60,956 bases of DNA from Clostridia bacterium (GTDB lineage Bacteria > Bacillota > Clostridia > Christensenellales > UBA1242). The notes beneath the pieces are model-generated. The model saw only the letters and a list, made by a program, of their open reading frames with translations. It was not told where the DNA came from and ran no database searches. Position numbers and translations under genes: made by a program. The stretch's first letter is position 1. Each line of letters opens with the position of its first letter. The stretch covers positions 1-60,956 of the forward strand of contig JAGBFI010000039.1 in NCBI GenBank assembly GCA_017936585.1, given 5' to 3'. Below are positions 43,430 to 53,000 of the stretch, one piece after another.

Positions 43430-43436
43430 AAAGGAT

Positions 43437-44576
43437 ATGAAAGTACAGTCTTTACAAATCAACAATTTCAGAAATTATAAAAATCTTTCATTGACCTTTG
43501 ACGACAAGGTGAATGTTTTTATTGGTAAGAACGCTCAGGGAAAGACAAATCTTCTTGAAAGCATCTTTTATTGTTGCCTTGGAAAGAGTTTCAAAACAAC
43601 AAAAGACAAAGATTTGATTCTCTGGGGAGAAGAAAAGTCAAAAATTCTTTTGACGGTGAATAAGAAATACAGAGACGTTAAAGTTGAAATCAACTTGAGC
43701 ACTCTCAGAAAAAAAAGTATCTCGCTTGACGATTTTCCAATCAAACGCATTGCAGAACTTATTGGTGAAGTGAATGTGGTGTTTTTCTCTCCGCAGGAAC
43801 TTAAACTTGTCAAAGAAAGTCCAGAAGAGAGAAGAAAGTTTATGGATATTGACTTGTGTCAAAACAACAAGAGATATTTCTATCAGCTTTCTCGCTATGA
43901 AAAAATTTTGGCAAATCGAAACAAACTTCTCAAATTCAGCAAAACCATTGAGTCTGTCAAAGAAACCATAGAAATCTGGGACAGGGCTCTTGTGGCAGCA
44001 GCAAAATTTCTTGCAACTGAAAGAGCCAAGTTTGTTGAGCAAATTGCTCCCTATTCTCAAAAGGCACACCATTTCATCAGCGGCGGAAAGGAAAATTTGA
44101 GGTTGAAATATAAATGTGGCTGCGGAGTTTCTTTGGATGAAAAGTTTGAAGAAAACATGGACAAACTTTTGAAGAAAAATCTTGAAAAGGACTATAAACT
44201 TGGTCACACAACCATAGGAGTTCACAGGGACGACATTGACATTTTTTTAAATGATGTTGAGGTGAAAAACTTTGGCTCTCAGGGACAACAAAGAACGGTC
44301 GCTCTCTCTTTGAAATTGGCCGAACTTGAAAACATGTTCAACTTGAATGGAGAATATCCAATTTTGCTTCTTGACGACGTGTTTTCTGAACTTGATGTTG
44401 AAAGACAAAGCAGACTTTTGAAATTTGTAGGTCGCACGCAGACATTCATCACTTGCACGGACGAGAAGAAAATTGATGGAACCCTTTTCAGCATTGTTGA
44501 TGGAACGGTCGTAAAAAAAGAAGAGAAAAAGATAAAAAATAATTCTTGCAAAGTAAGAAAAAATAGATTACAATAA
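43437..44576 (+). CDS. recF: DNA replication and repair protein RecF
   Basis: MKVQSLQINNFRNY N-terminus, Walker A GKNAQGKTNLLE, signature GSQGQQRT, and Walker B LLLDDV. The track ORF starts at TTG 43389. Confidence 0.9.
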   Translation: MKVQSLQINNFRNYKNLSLTFDDKVNVFIGKNAQGKTNLLESIFYCCLGKSFKTTKDKDLILWGEEKSKILLTVNKKYRDVKVEINLSTLRKKSISLDDFPIKRIAELIGEVNVVFFSPQELKLVKESPEERRKFMDIDLCQNNKRYFYQLSRYEKILANRNKLLKFSKTIESVKETIEIWDRALVAAAKFLATERAKFVEQIAPYSQKAHHFISGGKENLRLKYKCGCGVSLDEKFEENMDKLLKKNLEKDYKLGHTTIGVHRDDIDIFLNDVEVKNFGSQGQQRTVALSLKLAELENMFNLNGEYPILLLDDVFSELDVERQSRLLKFVGRTQTFITCTDEKKIDGTLFSIVDGTVVKKEEKKIKNNSCKVRKNRLQ

Positions 44577-44594
44577 AAGAAAAAGGAGAAAACA

Positions 44595-47150
44595 ATGGAA
44601 GTTTATTTTCTTTGGGGAAGCATTGCTCTTTTGGTGATTGCTTTGGGTCTTGGCTTTCTTGGCGGATTCGTCAAGGGATTGAAACGCTCAAGCCTTCACT
44701 TTTTGTTTGTGATTGCAAGTTTTGTTGTGGCGTTTTTTATAACAAAACCAATCTCTCAGGCGGTTTTGGGGTCAACAATCACGGCGGATGGAGTTGACTA
44801 CACAATCAGCGAATATATCGTGCATATGATTGGTGAAAGTTTTGATTTGTCAAACTATGCAACGGCTGAAAACTTTTTGGAGCAGTTGCCAAATGCGATT
44901 GTTTCACCAATTTTGTTTATTTTGCTGGCAATTGCAGTTTATGTTGTTTTTGAAATGATTTATCTGATTGTTTCAAGAATTTCTTTTGGCAAGAAAAAGG
45001 CAGATTTTGCAAAATCAAAGCCTCACAGAGTTTATGGTGGGCTTATTGGTCTTGTTGAAGGGTTTTTGTTCTTGTTTGTATTGTTTGCACCACTCACAGC
45101 TTTGACAAAAACATATCAAGAAATCTCAGCTCTTCCACCTGCAGAAACACAAGCATTGGCGGAAGATGATGGAAGATTAAAGACAGTTCCAGAGCTTTTA
45201 AATGAAATGATGCCGGCAGAGGTCAACGAAGCAATTACGGCTTACAACAACAGTTTGATTGGCAAGGTTTGCGGAGTTGGGGGACTTGACAAAGCACTTT
45301 TTGACGGACTTTCAAATTTTGAATTTGAAGGTGAGAACATCAATTTACGTGAAGAACTTGTTACCTTGACAACAACTTATGACAGTTTTGTGGAAGTTTA
45401 TAACAATGTAAACGAAAAAAATTATTTGGCGATTGATTTCACAGATCTTAAAGCAAACATTGAAAAATTCTTGAACAACGGAATTTTCAAAAAAGTTGTC
45501 AGCGAAACTGTGAAAGATTTTGTGACAAAGATTGATGTTGAAACAGAGGAACTTCCTCAGATTGTTGAAGACTTGGTTGTAGAAATTAAAGCAAAATTCT
45601 TGGATGAAAGTTTTGATGTTTATGAATATCTCAAAGCAGACATCCTTGCACTTGTGGATGCGGCGAGCGTGATTATTGACAGCGAAGTTTTGCAAGCCTA
45701 TGATGCACTTGAGGACAAGTCGTTTGTGGGAATTTTGGAACTTGTTGACGATCAAAGCGAAAAGGTTGAAAGTGCACTTACAAAGATTTTTGACATGAAC
45801 CTTGTGACAGACGGCTTCAAATCAATCACAACATTCCTTTCAGATTTTGTTGAAAAAGAATTTGAAAATGAGAAAGGTTTGGAAGTTGGATTGAATACAA
45901 ACATCACCGACAAAGACAAAATGGTTGATGATGTGTTGGCGGCACTTAGTTCATTTGTTTCACTCAATGACAAACTTGACATTTCAACTCTTATGGATGG
46001 TGGAGATGTGTTGGCGGTGATTTCAGAGGTTGAAGACCTTGGAGCCACACTTGACGAAGCTGGAGTAACCTTTGACAAACTTAACAATTTGGAACTTCTG
46101 ATTTTGACAAAAGAAGACCAAAGCAAAGTTTGTGTGTTTGAAAACATTTTGAAACTGTTTAATTTGGACATTTTGAAGGATGTGGATTCTTCGGGCAAGC
46201 AACGTTTTGCAAACTATATAGAGTTCTTCTCACACATCAAAACGCCAATTGTAAACGCAGACAAGATTGGACTTTTGGATTTCAACAAACCAGACTTCAA
46301 TTTTGACAACGTGCTTGACAGTCTTTTGGAAGAACTTAAAACTGACAAAACATTCCTCACAAACACAATTCTGCCATTCAAAGACATCACAGCTCTTGAT
46401 TTGAACAAACTTGTTTTTGACAAAGTTGTTGACGAAATTGAAAAAGAAGTTTCAATTGTCGATTTCAAAAATGTGACAACCGATTGGGAGACACAACTCA
46501 ACTTCTTGGGTGAAACACTCAACGCATTGAATGCTGGAAATGTTGAAGAAAAGACTTACATCAAATTTATGATTGGCGGCGGAGACATGGAAGTATTGCT
46601 TGACGCAATTGTGGCAGATGACAATTTGAAGAGCGTTTTGAATCCAGTGTTCAGCGCAAATATTTTTGACAATTTGATTTCACAAATTTTTGACAGCATT
46701 GACACAGAAATTGGTGACAATACGGGAGCAAAACCAAAAACAGACACAACCAATTTGAAAGTAACAAAAGATGTTGTGATTGCTGATATGGAAAAGATTT
46801 TGAAGATTGCAAACGAATCTGAAGAATTATCCTTCACACAAATTGGAAAGATTTTGGATGTTTTGAAAGCAAGCGCATATAACGACACAACAGACGATGA
46901 CGTAAATAATGGAACAAAAGACGGAGTGTTCAACAACATTTTTGCAAATCTGATTTGGTATTTGACAGGAGATGTCATCAACGATGCAACATACACAACA
47001 GCCCCTTGTGCATTTGCTGAAACAATCAAAGCAAAACTCGACCTTACGGGAGATGAATATTATTTCTATGCAAGCTATGAAACAGCCCTTGCTGAAGTGG
47101 ATGCAGAGATTGAAAAAATCAAACAAAACACACAAGTTGAAGCTAAATAA
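44595..47150 (+). CDS. CvpA-like membrane domain fused to a long acidic, helix-rich domain
   Basis: 851 aa. The first ~180 aa have four TM segments resembling the CvpA family. The remaining ~670 aa are D/E/L/F/N-rich with no motif I recognise. Confidence 0.5.
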   Translation: MEVYFLWGSIALLVIALGLGFLGGFVKGLKRSSLHFLFVIASFVVAFFITKPISQAVLGSTITADGVDYTISEYIVHMIGESFDLSNYATAENFLEQLPNAIVSPILFILLAIAVYVVFEMIYLIVSRISFGKKKADFAKSKPHRVYGGLIGLVEGFLFLFVLFAPLTALTKTYQEISALPPAETQALAEDDGRLKTVPELLNEMMPAEVNEAITAYNNSLIGKVCGVGGLDKALFDGLSNFEFEGENINLREELVTLTTTYDSFVEVYNNVNEKNYLAIDFTDLKANIEKFLNNGIFKKVVSETVKDFVTKIDVETEELPQIVEDLVVEIKAKFLDESFDVYEYLKADILALVDAASVIIDSEVLQAYDALEDKSFVGILELVDDQSEKVESALTKIFDMNLVTDGFKSITTFLSDFVEKEFENEKGLEVGLNTNITDKDKMVDDVLAALSSFVSLNDKLDISTLMDGGDVLAVISEVEDLGATLDEAGVTFDKLNNLELLILTKEDQSKVCVFENILKLFNLDILKDVDSSGKQRFANYIEFFSHIKTPIVNADKIGLLDFNKPDFNFDNVLDSLLEELKTDKTFLTNTILPFKDITALDLNKLVFDKVVDEIEKEVSIVDFKNVTTDWETQLNFLGETLNALNAGNVEEKTYIKFMIGGGDMEVLLDAIVADDNLKSVLNPVFSANIFDNLISQIFDSIDTEIGDNTGAKPKTDTTNLKVTKDVVIADMEKILKIANESEELSFTQIGKILDVLKASAYNDTTDDDVNNGTKDGVFNNIFANLIWYLTGDVINDATYTTAPCAFAETIKAKLDLTGDEYYFYASYETALAEVDAEIEKIKQNTQVEAK

Positions 47151-47162
47151 TTAAAAAAAAAG

Positions 47163-47197
47163 AAAAACTGTAGTGAAAAAATCTACAGTTTTTTTAT
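47163..47197. terminator. bidirectional terminator
   Basis: AAAAACTGTAG-tgaaaaaat-CTACAGTTTTTTT. Confidence 0.7.
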
Positions 47198-47292
47198 AGT
47201 CTTTTTTGAGTGATTGAATAAGTCGTTTAAGAGTGACTTTCAGAGATTGAAATATAAATCAAAAATATATTCTTTCTTAACAATCTTAAAAT

Positions 47293-48426
47293 CTATTGCC
47301 ATTTGGAGGGAACAACACGAGTTTCTCTCAGCCAAGTTGTGTCTTTGAGTGATGTGTTGTTGTTTGAGCATGTGACTTTATATTCTCCCTGTTTCACAAG
47401 GAATGCGATGTTTCCGTTGAAAGACGTGAATTTGTCGTTTGCATAGTCAACGCACATGGTGGTGATGTAAACATTGTTGGTGTAGTTCGCCACTCTGTCA
47501 ATGAAGGCTTGAGTTGGAAATTGATTTTCTGTTGCATCCGTGTATTCCGAACTCCCAGCACAGCAACAAACGCAAATCACATCTGGGTCAATCGCATCAA
47601 GCAGAGTGGTGGTTGTGGAGGTTGAAGAACCGTGATGTCCAGCCTTAAACATTGTCACTTTTGGGAGATTGTTGAGTTTCACAAGTTCCTTTTCACCTTC
47701 GCCTTCCAAATCTCCAGTGAAAAGAAAATTGTGGGTGCAATATGTGAGAAGGGTGCAAACGGAATAGTTGTTTTCACTTGAAGCGGTGTTGCGATAGAAG
47801 TGACTGTCCAAAATTTGCAGAGACATGTCTGTTCCAATGCTGTAAGATTTTTTTGCCCCATTTTTCTCCTCAACGCACTCGAGAGCGGTGTAGTGTTTCG
47901 ATCCGTTTTTTACCTCATCAGCAAGTTCGCGTTGATAGTTTGAATATTGTGTTGCATCGTCTTCTTGATTTGTCAAGGCAAAATCGATGATTGTTTCGCA
48001 TTCATACAAATCAAAAATGCTGTCAGTGTTTTTGCCTGTGGCAAAGCCGGCATAGTGGTCACGGTGCGCGTGCGTGACGATGACAAATTCCAAAGTGCCA
48101 TCGGTGACATATTTGTTGAGATATTCAGTGACAACAGGGATGCTACTTGCTCTTGAACCGCAGTCAATCAAAATGTCTGCTTCCGGAGTTTTGATGTAGG
48201 TGCAGTCGCCAGTGTATTTGTTTCCAAGTTCCAGAAAATGGATGGCAAGGTTGGCTCCAAATGTTTGAATGTCAGCTTCATAATCTTCATTCTTTTCGTC
48301 CACAACAACATCGTCTGTTGGTGGAAGCATACAGAAATTCATCCCAACAAATCCGCCTGCAAGTCCAACAAGAAGAAACAAGATTGAAATTATGACAATT
48401 TTTGCTTTTGATGTTTGTTTGCTCAT
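47293..48426 (-). CDS. membrane-anchored MBL-fold hydrolase (ComEC C-terminal-domain-like)
   Basis: 377 aa with an N-terminal TM, THAHRDHYAGF metal motif, and a late GHHGS motif. Confidence 0.7.
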   Translation of the reverse strand: MSKQTSKAKIVIISILFLLVGLAGGFVGMNFCMLPPTDDVVVDEKNEDYEADIQTFGANLAIHFLELGNKYTGDCTYIKTPEADILIDCGSRASSIPVVTEYLNKYVTDGTLEFVIVTHAHRDHYAGFATGKNTDSIFDLYECETIIDFALTNQEDDATQYSNYQRELADEVKNGSKHYTALECVEEKNGAKKSYSIGTDMSLQILDSHFYRNTASSENNYSVCTLLTYCTHNFLFTGDLEGEGEKELVKLNNLPKVTMFKAGHHGSSTSTTTTLLDAIDPDVICVCCCAGSSEYTDATENQFPTQAFIDRVANYTNNVYITTMCVDYANDKFTSFNGNIAFLVKQGEYKVTCSNNNTSLKDTTWLRETRVVPSKWQ

Positions 48427-48899
48427 GAGGCACCTCCTTCAGGGAGAGTGAAAGTGACAAGTCTCACTTTTTGAATCTTGAAAACGGTGCCATATTTGAA
48501 ACAAGTGGACTGATATTTGATGTAATACGTCCCTTCTTCATCAGCATAAAAATCACCATCTTTGTTTTGTTTAAGGTTGCTTTCAATCACAACGCTTGAC
48601 CCCTCATCTTTTCCAAAAGCAACAACCTTCACACCCTCGTCTTCATAGGTTTCAGAAAGATCCAGAGTGATTTCTTCTTGACCAAGAATCGAAAAACAAT
48701 CGTCTCGGCAGACCAGCCACCAAGTTCCGGCACCAAGTGTCACGCCAAAAATCAAAAACACCAGTGCAAACATAAGAGTTTTTGTTCCAGTTTTCTTGAT
48801 GGCTCTTTTTGCAGTGGATTTGGTTTTTGAGTCAATTTCGATGTCGTCCAAGTCGATGGTCAGCTTGCGGGAAGTTTTCTTTGCAGTTCGTTTTGCCAT
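48423..48899 (-). CDS. membrane-anchored hypothetical protein (possible Ig-like ectodomain)
   Basis: 158 aa: basic N-terminus, one TM, then a beta-rich segment. The ATGA overlap couples it to the downstream MBL gene. Confidence 0.45.
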   Translation of the reverse strand: MAKRTAKKTSRKLTIDLDDIEIDSKTKSTAKRAIKKTGTKTLMFALVFLIFGVTLGAGTWWLVCRDDCFSILGQEEITLDLSETYEDEGVKVVAFGKDEGSSVVIESNLKQNKDGDFYADEEGTYYIKYQSTCFKYGTVFKIQKVRLVTFTLPEGGAS

Positions 48900-48959
48900 A
48901 AATCCTCCTTTTGTGTTACGACAAATTATAGCATATTTTTGTTTTTATTTAAATTTAAT

Positions 48960-48987
48960 TTGACAAAGATTTTTTTTATGATAAAAT
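48960..48987 (+). promoter_or_regulatory. rsmH promoter flanked by a 9-bp inverted repeat
   Basis: TTGACA, 16 nt, TAAAAT. TTTGACAAA (48959-48967) and TTTGTCAAA (48988-48996) are perfect inverted repeats. Confidence 0.5.
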
Positions 48988-49005
48988 TTTGTCAAAGGAA
49001 GGCGT

Positions 49006-49941
49006 ATGGAATTTAAACATATCCCTGTCATGCTCAACGAAGTTATTGACGGACTGAACATAAAAAAAGATGGAATATATGTCGACTGCACGGTTGGAGG
49101 CGGTGGACATTCTTTTGAGATTGCCAAAAAGTTGAAGGACGGACACCTCTATGCTTTCGATCGCGACATCGAGGCAATTGAAAAAAGTTCAAAGACACTT
49201 GAAAAGTTCAAAGACAGGGTGACACTGATCAAATCGAACTACAAAGAAGCTCCGGCAAAACTGAAGGAATTGGGAGTCAACAAAATTGACGGCTTTTTGA
49301 TTGACCTTGGCGTGAGTTCTCATCAAATTGACGAGGGTGAAAGAGGTTTTTCATTTGTCAATGATGGGATTTTGGATATGCGCATGGATCAACAGGAAGA
49401 AGTTTTGACTGCAAAGGAGATTGTCAACACATTTTCGGCAGAAGAACTTGCCAGAATTTTCAGAGACTATGGTGAGGAAGAGTTTGCAAGAAACATCGCA
49501 AAAAACATTGTGTCGGCAAGAGAACAAAAGAAGATTGAAACAACATTTCAACTTCGCGAAATCATTGAAAGCAGCATGCCAAAAAAGATTGTTTTCTCTC
49601 GCGGCGGAGCTTCGAAAAAAGTTTTCCAAGCGCTGAGAATTTTCATCAATGGTGAACTTGAAGGATTGGATGTTCTTTTGGAGGAAATTCTTGACATGCT
49701 TGCGCCAGAAGGCAGAGGATGTGTGTTGACATTCCACAGTCTTGAAGACAGAATCGTCAAAAATATTTTTAAACTTGCAAGTACAGATTGTGTTTGCCCG
49801 CCAAAAACTCCAATTTGCATTTGCGGACACAGGGCAACAGTGAAACTTGTCAATCGCAAGCCAATCATTGCAAGTGAAGAGGAACAAAAGGAGAACAGTC
49901 GCAGCACATGCGCGAAGCTGAGGGTTGCCGAAAAACTTTAA
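49006..49941 (+). CDS. rsmH: 16S rRNA (cytosine1402-N4)-methyltransferase
   Basis: HIPVMLNEVIDGL and DCTVGGGGHS motifs. It heads a division-cluster-like gene order. Confidence 0.92.
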   Translation: MEFKHIPVMLNEVIDGLNIKKDGIYVDCTVGGGGHSFEIAKKLKDGHLYAFDRDIEAIEKSSKTLEKFKDRVTLIKSNYKEAPAKLKELGVNKIDGFLIDLGVSSHQIDEGERGFSFVNDGILDMRMDQQEEVLTAKEIVNTFSAEELARIFRDYGEEEFARNIAKNIVSAREQKKIETTFQLREIIESSMPKKIVFSRGGASKKVFQALRIFINGELEGLDVLLEEILDMLAPEGRGCVLTFHSLEDRIVKNIFKLASTDCVCPPKTPICICGHRATVKLVNRKPIIASEEEQKENSRSTCAKLRVAEKL

Positions 49942-49980
49942 GAAGAAAAACATACAAACAAAAGGAGAAAAATATAATAT

Positions 49981-50724
49981 ATGGACAGACTTGTTGCAGA
50001 AAAAGAAACTCTCACAAAAGAAGCCCAACCTGCTTCAGAAGAAGTGAAAGTTCAAAGTCAGCCGGCTCCCGCCGAACAAAAACAGCCAGAGACGGACAAA
50101 CTGAAAGAACTTCCAAAGCAAGAAGTTCCAATCAATATGCAATATTTAAACTCCTTTAAAAACATGACAGTGGCGGACATCAAGCGCGAAGAAGAGCAGA
50201 AAAAGCAAGAAGATTTCAAGGAAGAAAAGAAAGTTCTTCTTGAGAAACAGTTTGAAAAGGTTGAACAGAAAAACGAGTTTCAAATTGAAGAAAACACCAA
50301 TATTCAAGCGGAAGAGGAAACAAAAAAGCAGTCTGTCAACATCATCGAAAAACCCAACTATGATTTGCTGGAAGAAAACAAAAAAATTGTCAAACTGAAA
50401 AAAGCTTCTCCACAAAAAAAAGTGAGAAAGAAAAAGTTTGCGGGCATCATGCTTGCTTGCGCACTTGCTGCAAGTGCAATCATCTGCGTCACCAACTGTG
50501 TTTTGATTGACAACTTAAATTCAAACTATCTGCAAATTGAGGATACTTATAAACTGAATTTGAGGAAATATCTTCAAGACATCACAAAGCTTGACACAAC
50601 AAAAAAGAGCATGGAGATGATCGAAACATATCCAGAAGAGCTTTTGGATGCAGGCGAATTGGGACAAAAAACAAACTGGTTTGACAGACTTTGCAATTTC
50701 TTGGGAGGGTTGTTTGGAGGTTAA
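49981..50724 (+). CDS. FtsL-position membrane protein with long K/E/Q-rich N-terminal region
   Basis: 247 aa with a single TM (FAGIMLACALAASAIICVTNCVLI), located between rsmH and the PBP gene. Confidence 0.45.
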   Translation: MDRLVAEKETLTKEAQPASEEVKVQSQPAPAEQKQPETDKLKELPKQEVPINMQYLNSFKNMTVADIKREEEQKKQEDFKEEKKVLLEKQFEKVEQKNEFQIEENTNIQAEEETKKQSVNIIEKPNYDLLEENKKIVKLKKASPQKKVRKKKFAGIMLACALAASAIICVTNCVLIDNLNSNYLQIEDTYKLNLRKYLQDITKLDTTKKSMEMIETYPEELLDAGELGQKTNWFDRLCNFLGGLFGG

Positions 50725-50726
50725 GT

Positions 50727-52622
50727 TTGCAAATCTCATACACTCTTCATTCCCTGCAAAAAAGAATTAAAGCCGTTTTTCTGGTTTTGATTTTTCTTGT
50801 TTGCAGCCTTGGCATAAGACTTTTTGTCGTTCAAATCATAAACGGCCCAGAACTTCAACGGAAGGCAACTGACCAGTGGACAAGAGATTTGTCGCTGACC
50901 GCTCCAAGAGGTTCTTTTTTTGATTCCACAGGTGACAGTTTGGCGGTGTCGTACACAACTTACAATGTCTATGCCCGTGGACGTGAAGTGACGGACACAG
51001 AGAAGGTTGCAACAACACTTTCGCAGCTTTTGGATTTGAACTATGAAAAAACGTTGGAGAAGGTTTCAAAGAAAAATGTCAGTGAAGTTCTTTTGAAAAT
51101 GCAGATTGAGGGTGACCTTGCTGAGAAAATTTATGAAGTCAAGTTGGATGGGATATATTTGGCGGAAAATGTGGGGAGATATTATGTCTATGGCAATCTG
51201 CTGACGCAGCTCTTGGGCTTTTCTTCAATTGACAACAAGGGACAAGCGGGACTGGAGGCATATTTGAACGAATATCTTGTTGGCGAGGATGGATATTCCT
51301 ATGTCCAAAGCGACCTTCAAGGAAAGGAAATTGGCGGAAGCATCAGATATTATCTCAGCGGTATTGCGGGCGATAATGTCACACTTACAGCAAACAGCAA
51401 AGTTCAAATTCTTCTTGAGAAGGTGTTGGAAGAGGCTTATGCAGAGCAGAAAGCAAAGAGCGTGACGGGGATTGTTATGGATGCAAAAACCAGCGAGATT
51501 TTGGCGATTTCCTCAAAGCCAAGTTTTGATTTAAACGACCCTCCGCGTGACAATCTGACCGAACTTTTTGAGCAGTCAAAAATGAAGGCTGTCACAGACA
51601 CTTATGAACCAGGGTCAACCTTCAAAATCCTCACCATTGCTGCGGCTTTGGAAGAAGGTGTGACAAATCTGGAAGACAGGTTCTATTGCCCGGGCTATCG
51701 CGTTGTGGACGGACAGAGAATCAAGTGTTGGAAGACAATCGGGCACGGCAGTCAAAATTTGGTTGAGGCGTTTGCAAATTCTTGCAACTGCTGTTTCATG
51801 GATTTGGCGCTCAGGCTTGGGGTTGACAAATTTTATGAATATATGGAGTGTTTTGGGCTTGGACAAAAAACCGGCATCACAATCAAGGGTGAAAGCAGCG
51901 GCATTTTGATGAAGAAAGAAAATGTCAAAACGGTCGACCTTGCCCGCATGGGTTTTGGGCATGCAATTGCTGTCACACCAATTCAACTTTTGTCCATTGT
52001 TGCGGGGTTGACAAATGGCGGCGTTTGGAGGACTCCAACCGTGATTGACAAAATTGTCAATGTTGCTGGTGATGTGACATACACACCAGATGTGGAGGAG
52101 CGCAGAATTTTGTCTGCCTCCACAAGCGAGATTGTCAATTTCCTTTTGCAAAAGGCGGAAAACAAGGAAGCAGATTACTCCTTTGTTGAGGGGTACAACG
52201 TGGGAGGAAAAACAGGCACGGCGCAGAAATACAACGAAAATGGACAGATTGCCACAGGGAAATATATCTCAAGCTTCATTGGAACTTATCCAGCAGACGA
52301 GCCGGAATATCTGTTTATGATTATGGTGGATGAGCCAAGCGCGGGGGCTTATTATGGAGCTCTCGTGGCGGCACCATATGGGAAAAGTTTTTTCAGTCAG
52401 TTGTTTGAATTTTATGACTTGCCAAAAGATGATTCAAGCGTTGTTGTGCAAGAGGTCATCATGCCTGAAGTGACAGGATACAGTTTGACGAACGCCATTT
52501 TGGAACTCAAAAAGGTGGGACTTAATTTTGAAATTGACGGAAGCGGCGGAATTGTTATTGACCAGTTACCGCCGGCGGGAACAAAGCTCAAAAAAGGCGA
52601 AACGGTGCTTTTTAAAACGTGA
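50727..52622 (+). CDS. class B penicillin-binding protein (transpeptidase) with C-terminal PASTA domain
   Basis: STFK, SCN and KTGTA motifs, plus a PASTA-like C-terminus. Start is uncertain: TTG 50727 lies 6 nt after GGAGG, while the track ORF starts at TTG 50691. Confidence 0.85.
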   Translation: MQISYTLHSLQKRIKAVFLVLIFLVCSLGIRLFVVQIINGPELQRKATDQWTRDLSLTAPRGSFFDSTGDSLAVSYTTYNVYARGREVTDTEKVATTLSQLLDLNYEKTLEKVSKKNVSEVLLKMQIEGDLAEKIYEVKLDGIYLAENVGRYYVYGNLLTQLLGFSSIDNKGQAGLEAYLNEYLVGEDGYSYVQSDLQGKEIGGSIRYYLSGIAGDNVTLTANSKVQILLEKVLEEAYAEQKAKSVTGIVMDAKTSEILAISSKPSFDLNDPPRDNLTELFEQSKMKAVTDTYEPGSTFKILTIAAALEEGVTNLEDRFYCPGYRVVDGQRIKCWKTIGHGSQNLVEAFANSCNCCFMDLALRLGVDKFYEYMECFGLGQKTGITIKGESSGILMKKENVKTVDLARMGFGHAIAVTPIQLLSIVAGLTNGGVWRTPTVIDKIVNVAGDVTYTPDVEERRILSASTSEIVNFLLQKAENKEADYSFVEGYNVGGKTGTAQKYNENGQIATGKYISSFIGTYPADEPEYLFMIMVDEPSAGAYYGALVAAPYGKSFFSQLFEFYDLPKDDSSVVVQEVIMPEVTGYSLTNAILELKKVGLNFEIDGSGGIVIDQLPPAGTKLKKGETVLFKT

Positions 52623-52667
52623 CGAATTATTTTTTGCACTCTGCGCACAATAAAGAAGGAGGTTATT

Positions 52668-52835
52668 ATGGACGAAAAAACAAACTGCGGAGTGCGTTGC
52701 AATGTCACAAAATGTGTTTACAACGAAAAGGGATGCAATTGCAACAAGGAAGTGATTGATGTTTCTCAAGGTGACGGCGAAATGATGTCAAACGGTGTTC
52801 AAAAGCATTTCTGCAAAAGCTTCACCGAGAAATAA
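52668..52835 (+). CDS. DUF1540-like Cys-rich small protein
   Basis: Not in the track because it is 55 aa. AAGGAGG RBS. Hand translation: MDEKTNCGVRCNVTKCVYNEKGCNCNKEVIDVSQGDGEMMSNGVQKHFCKSFTEK*. A hairpin with a T-run follows. Confidence 0.7.
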   Translation: MDEKTNCGVRCNVTKCVYNEKGCNCNKEVIDVSQGDGEMMSNGVQKHFCKSFTEK

Positions 52836-53000
52836 GCAGCTTAAAAAGAAAAACACAATAATCAAAAAAAAGACCGCATCCAAAATGATGAGGTCTTTTT
52901 CTTGTAAATCCACAAAATTTTTCGGCGAAACTGATTTTCTTTCAAAACACATTTGATGTTGTCTGTTCAACGAGCAACACCAACAATCAAAGGAGAGAAA

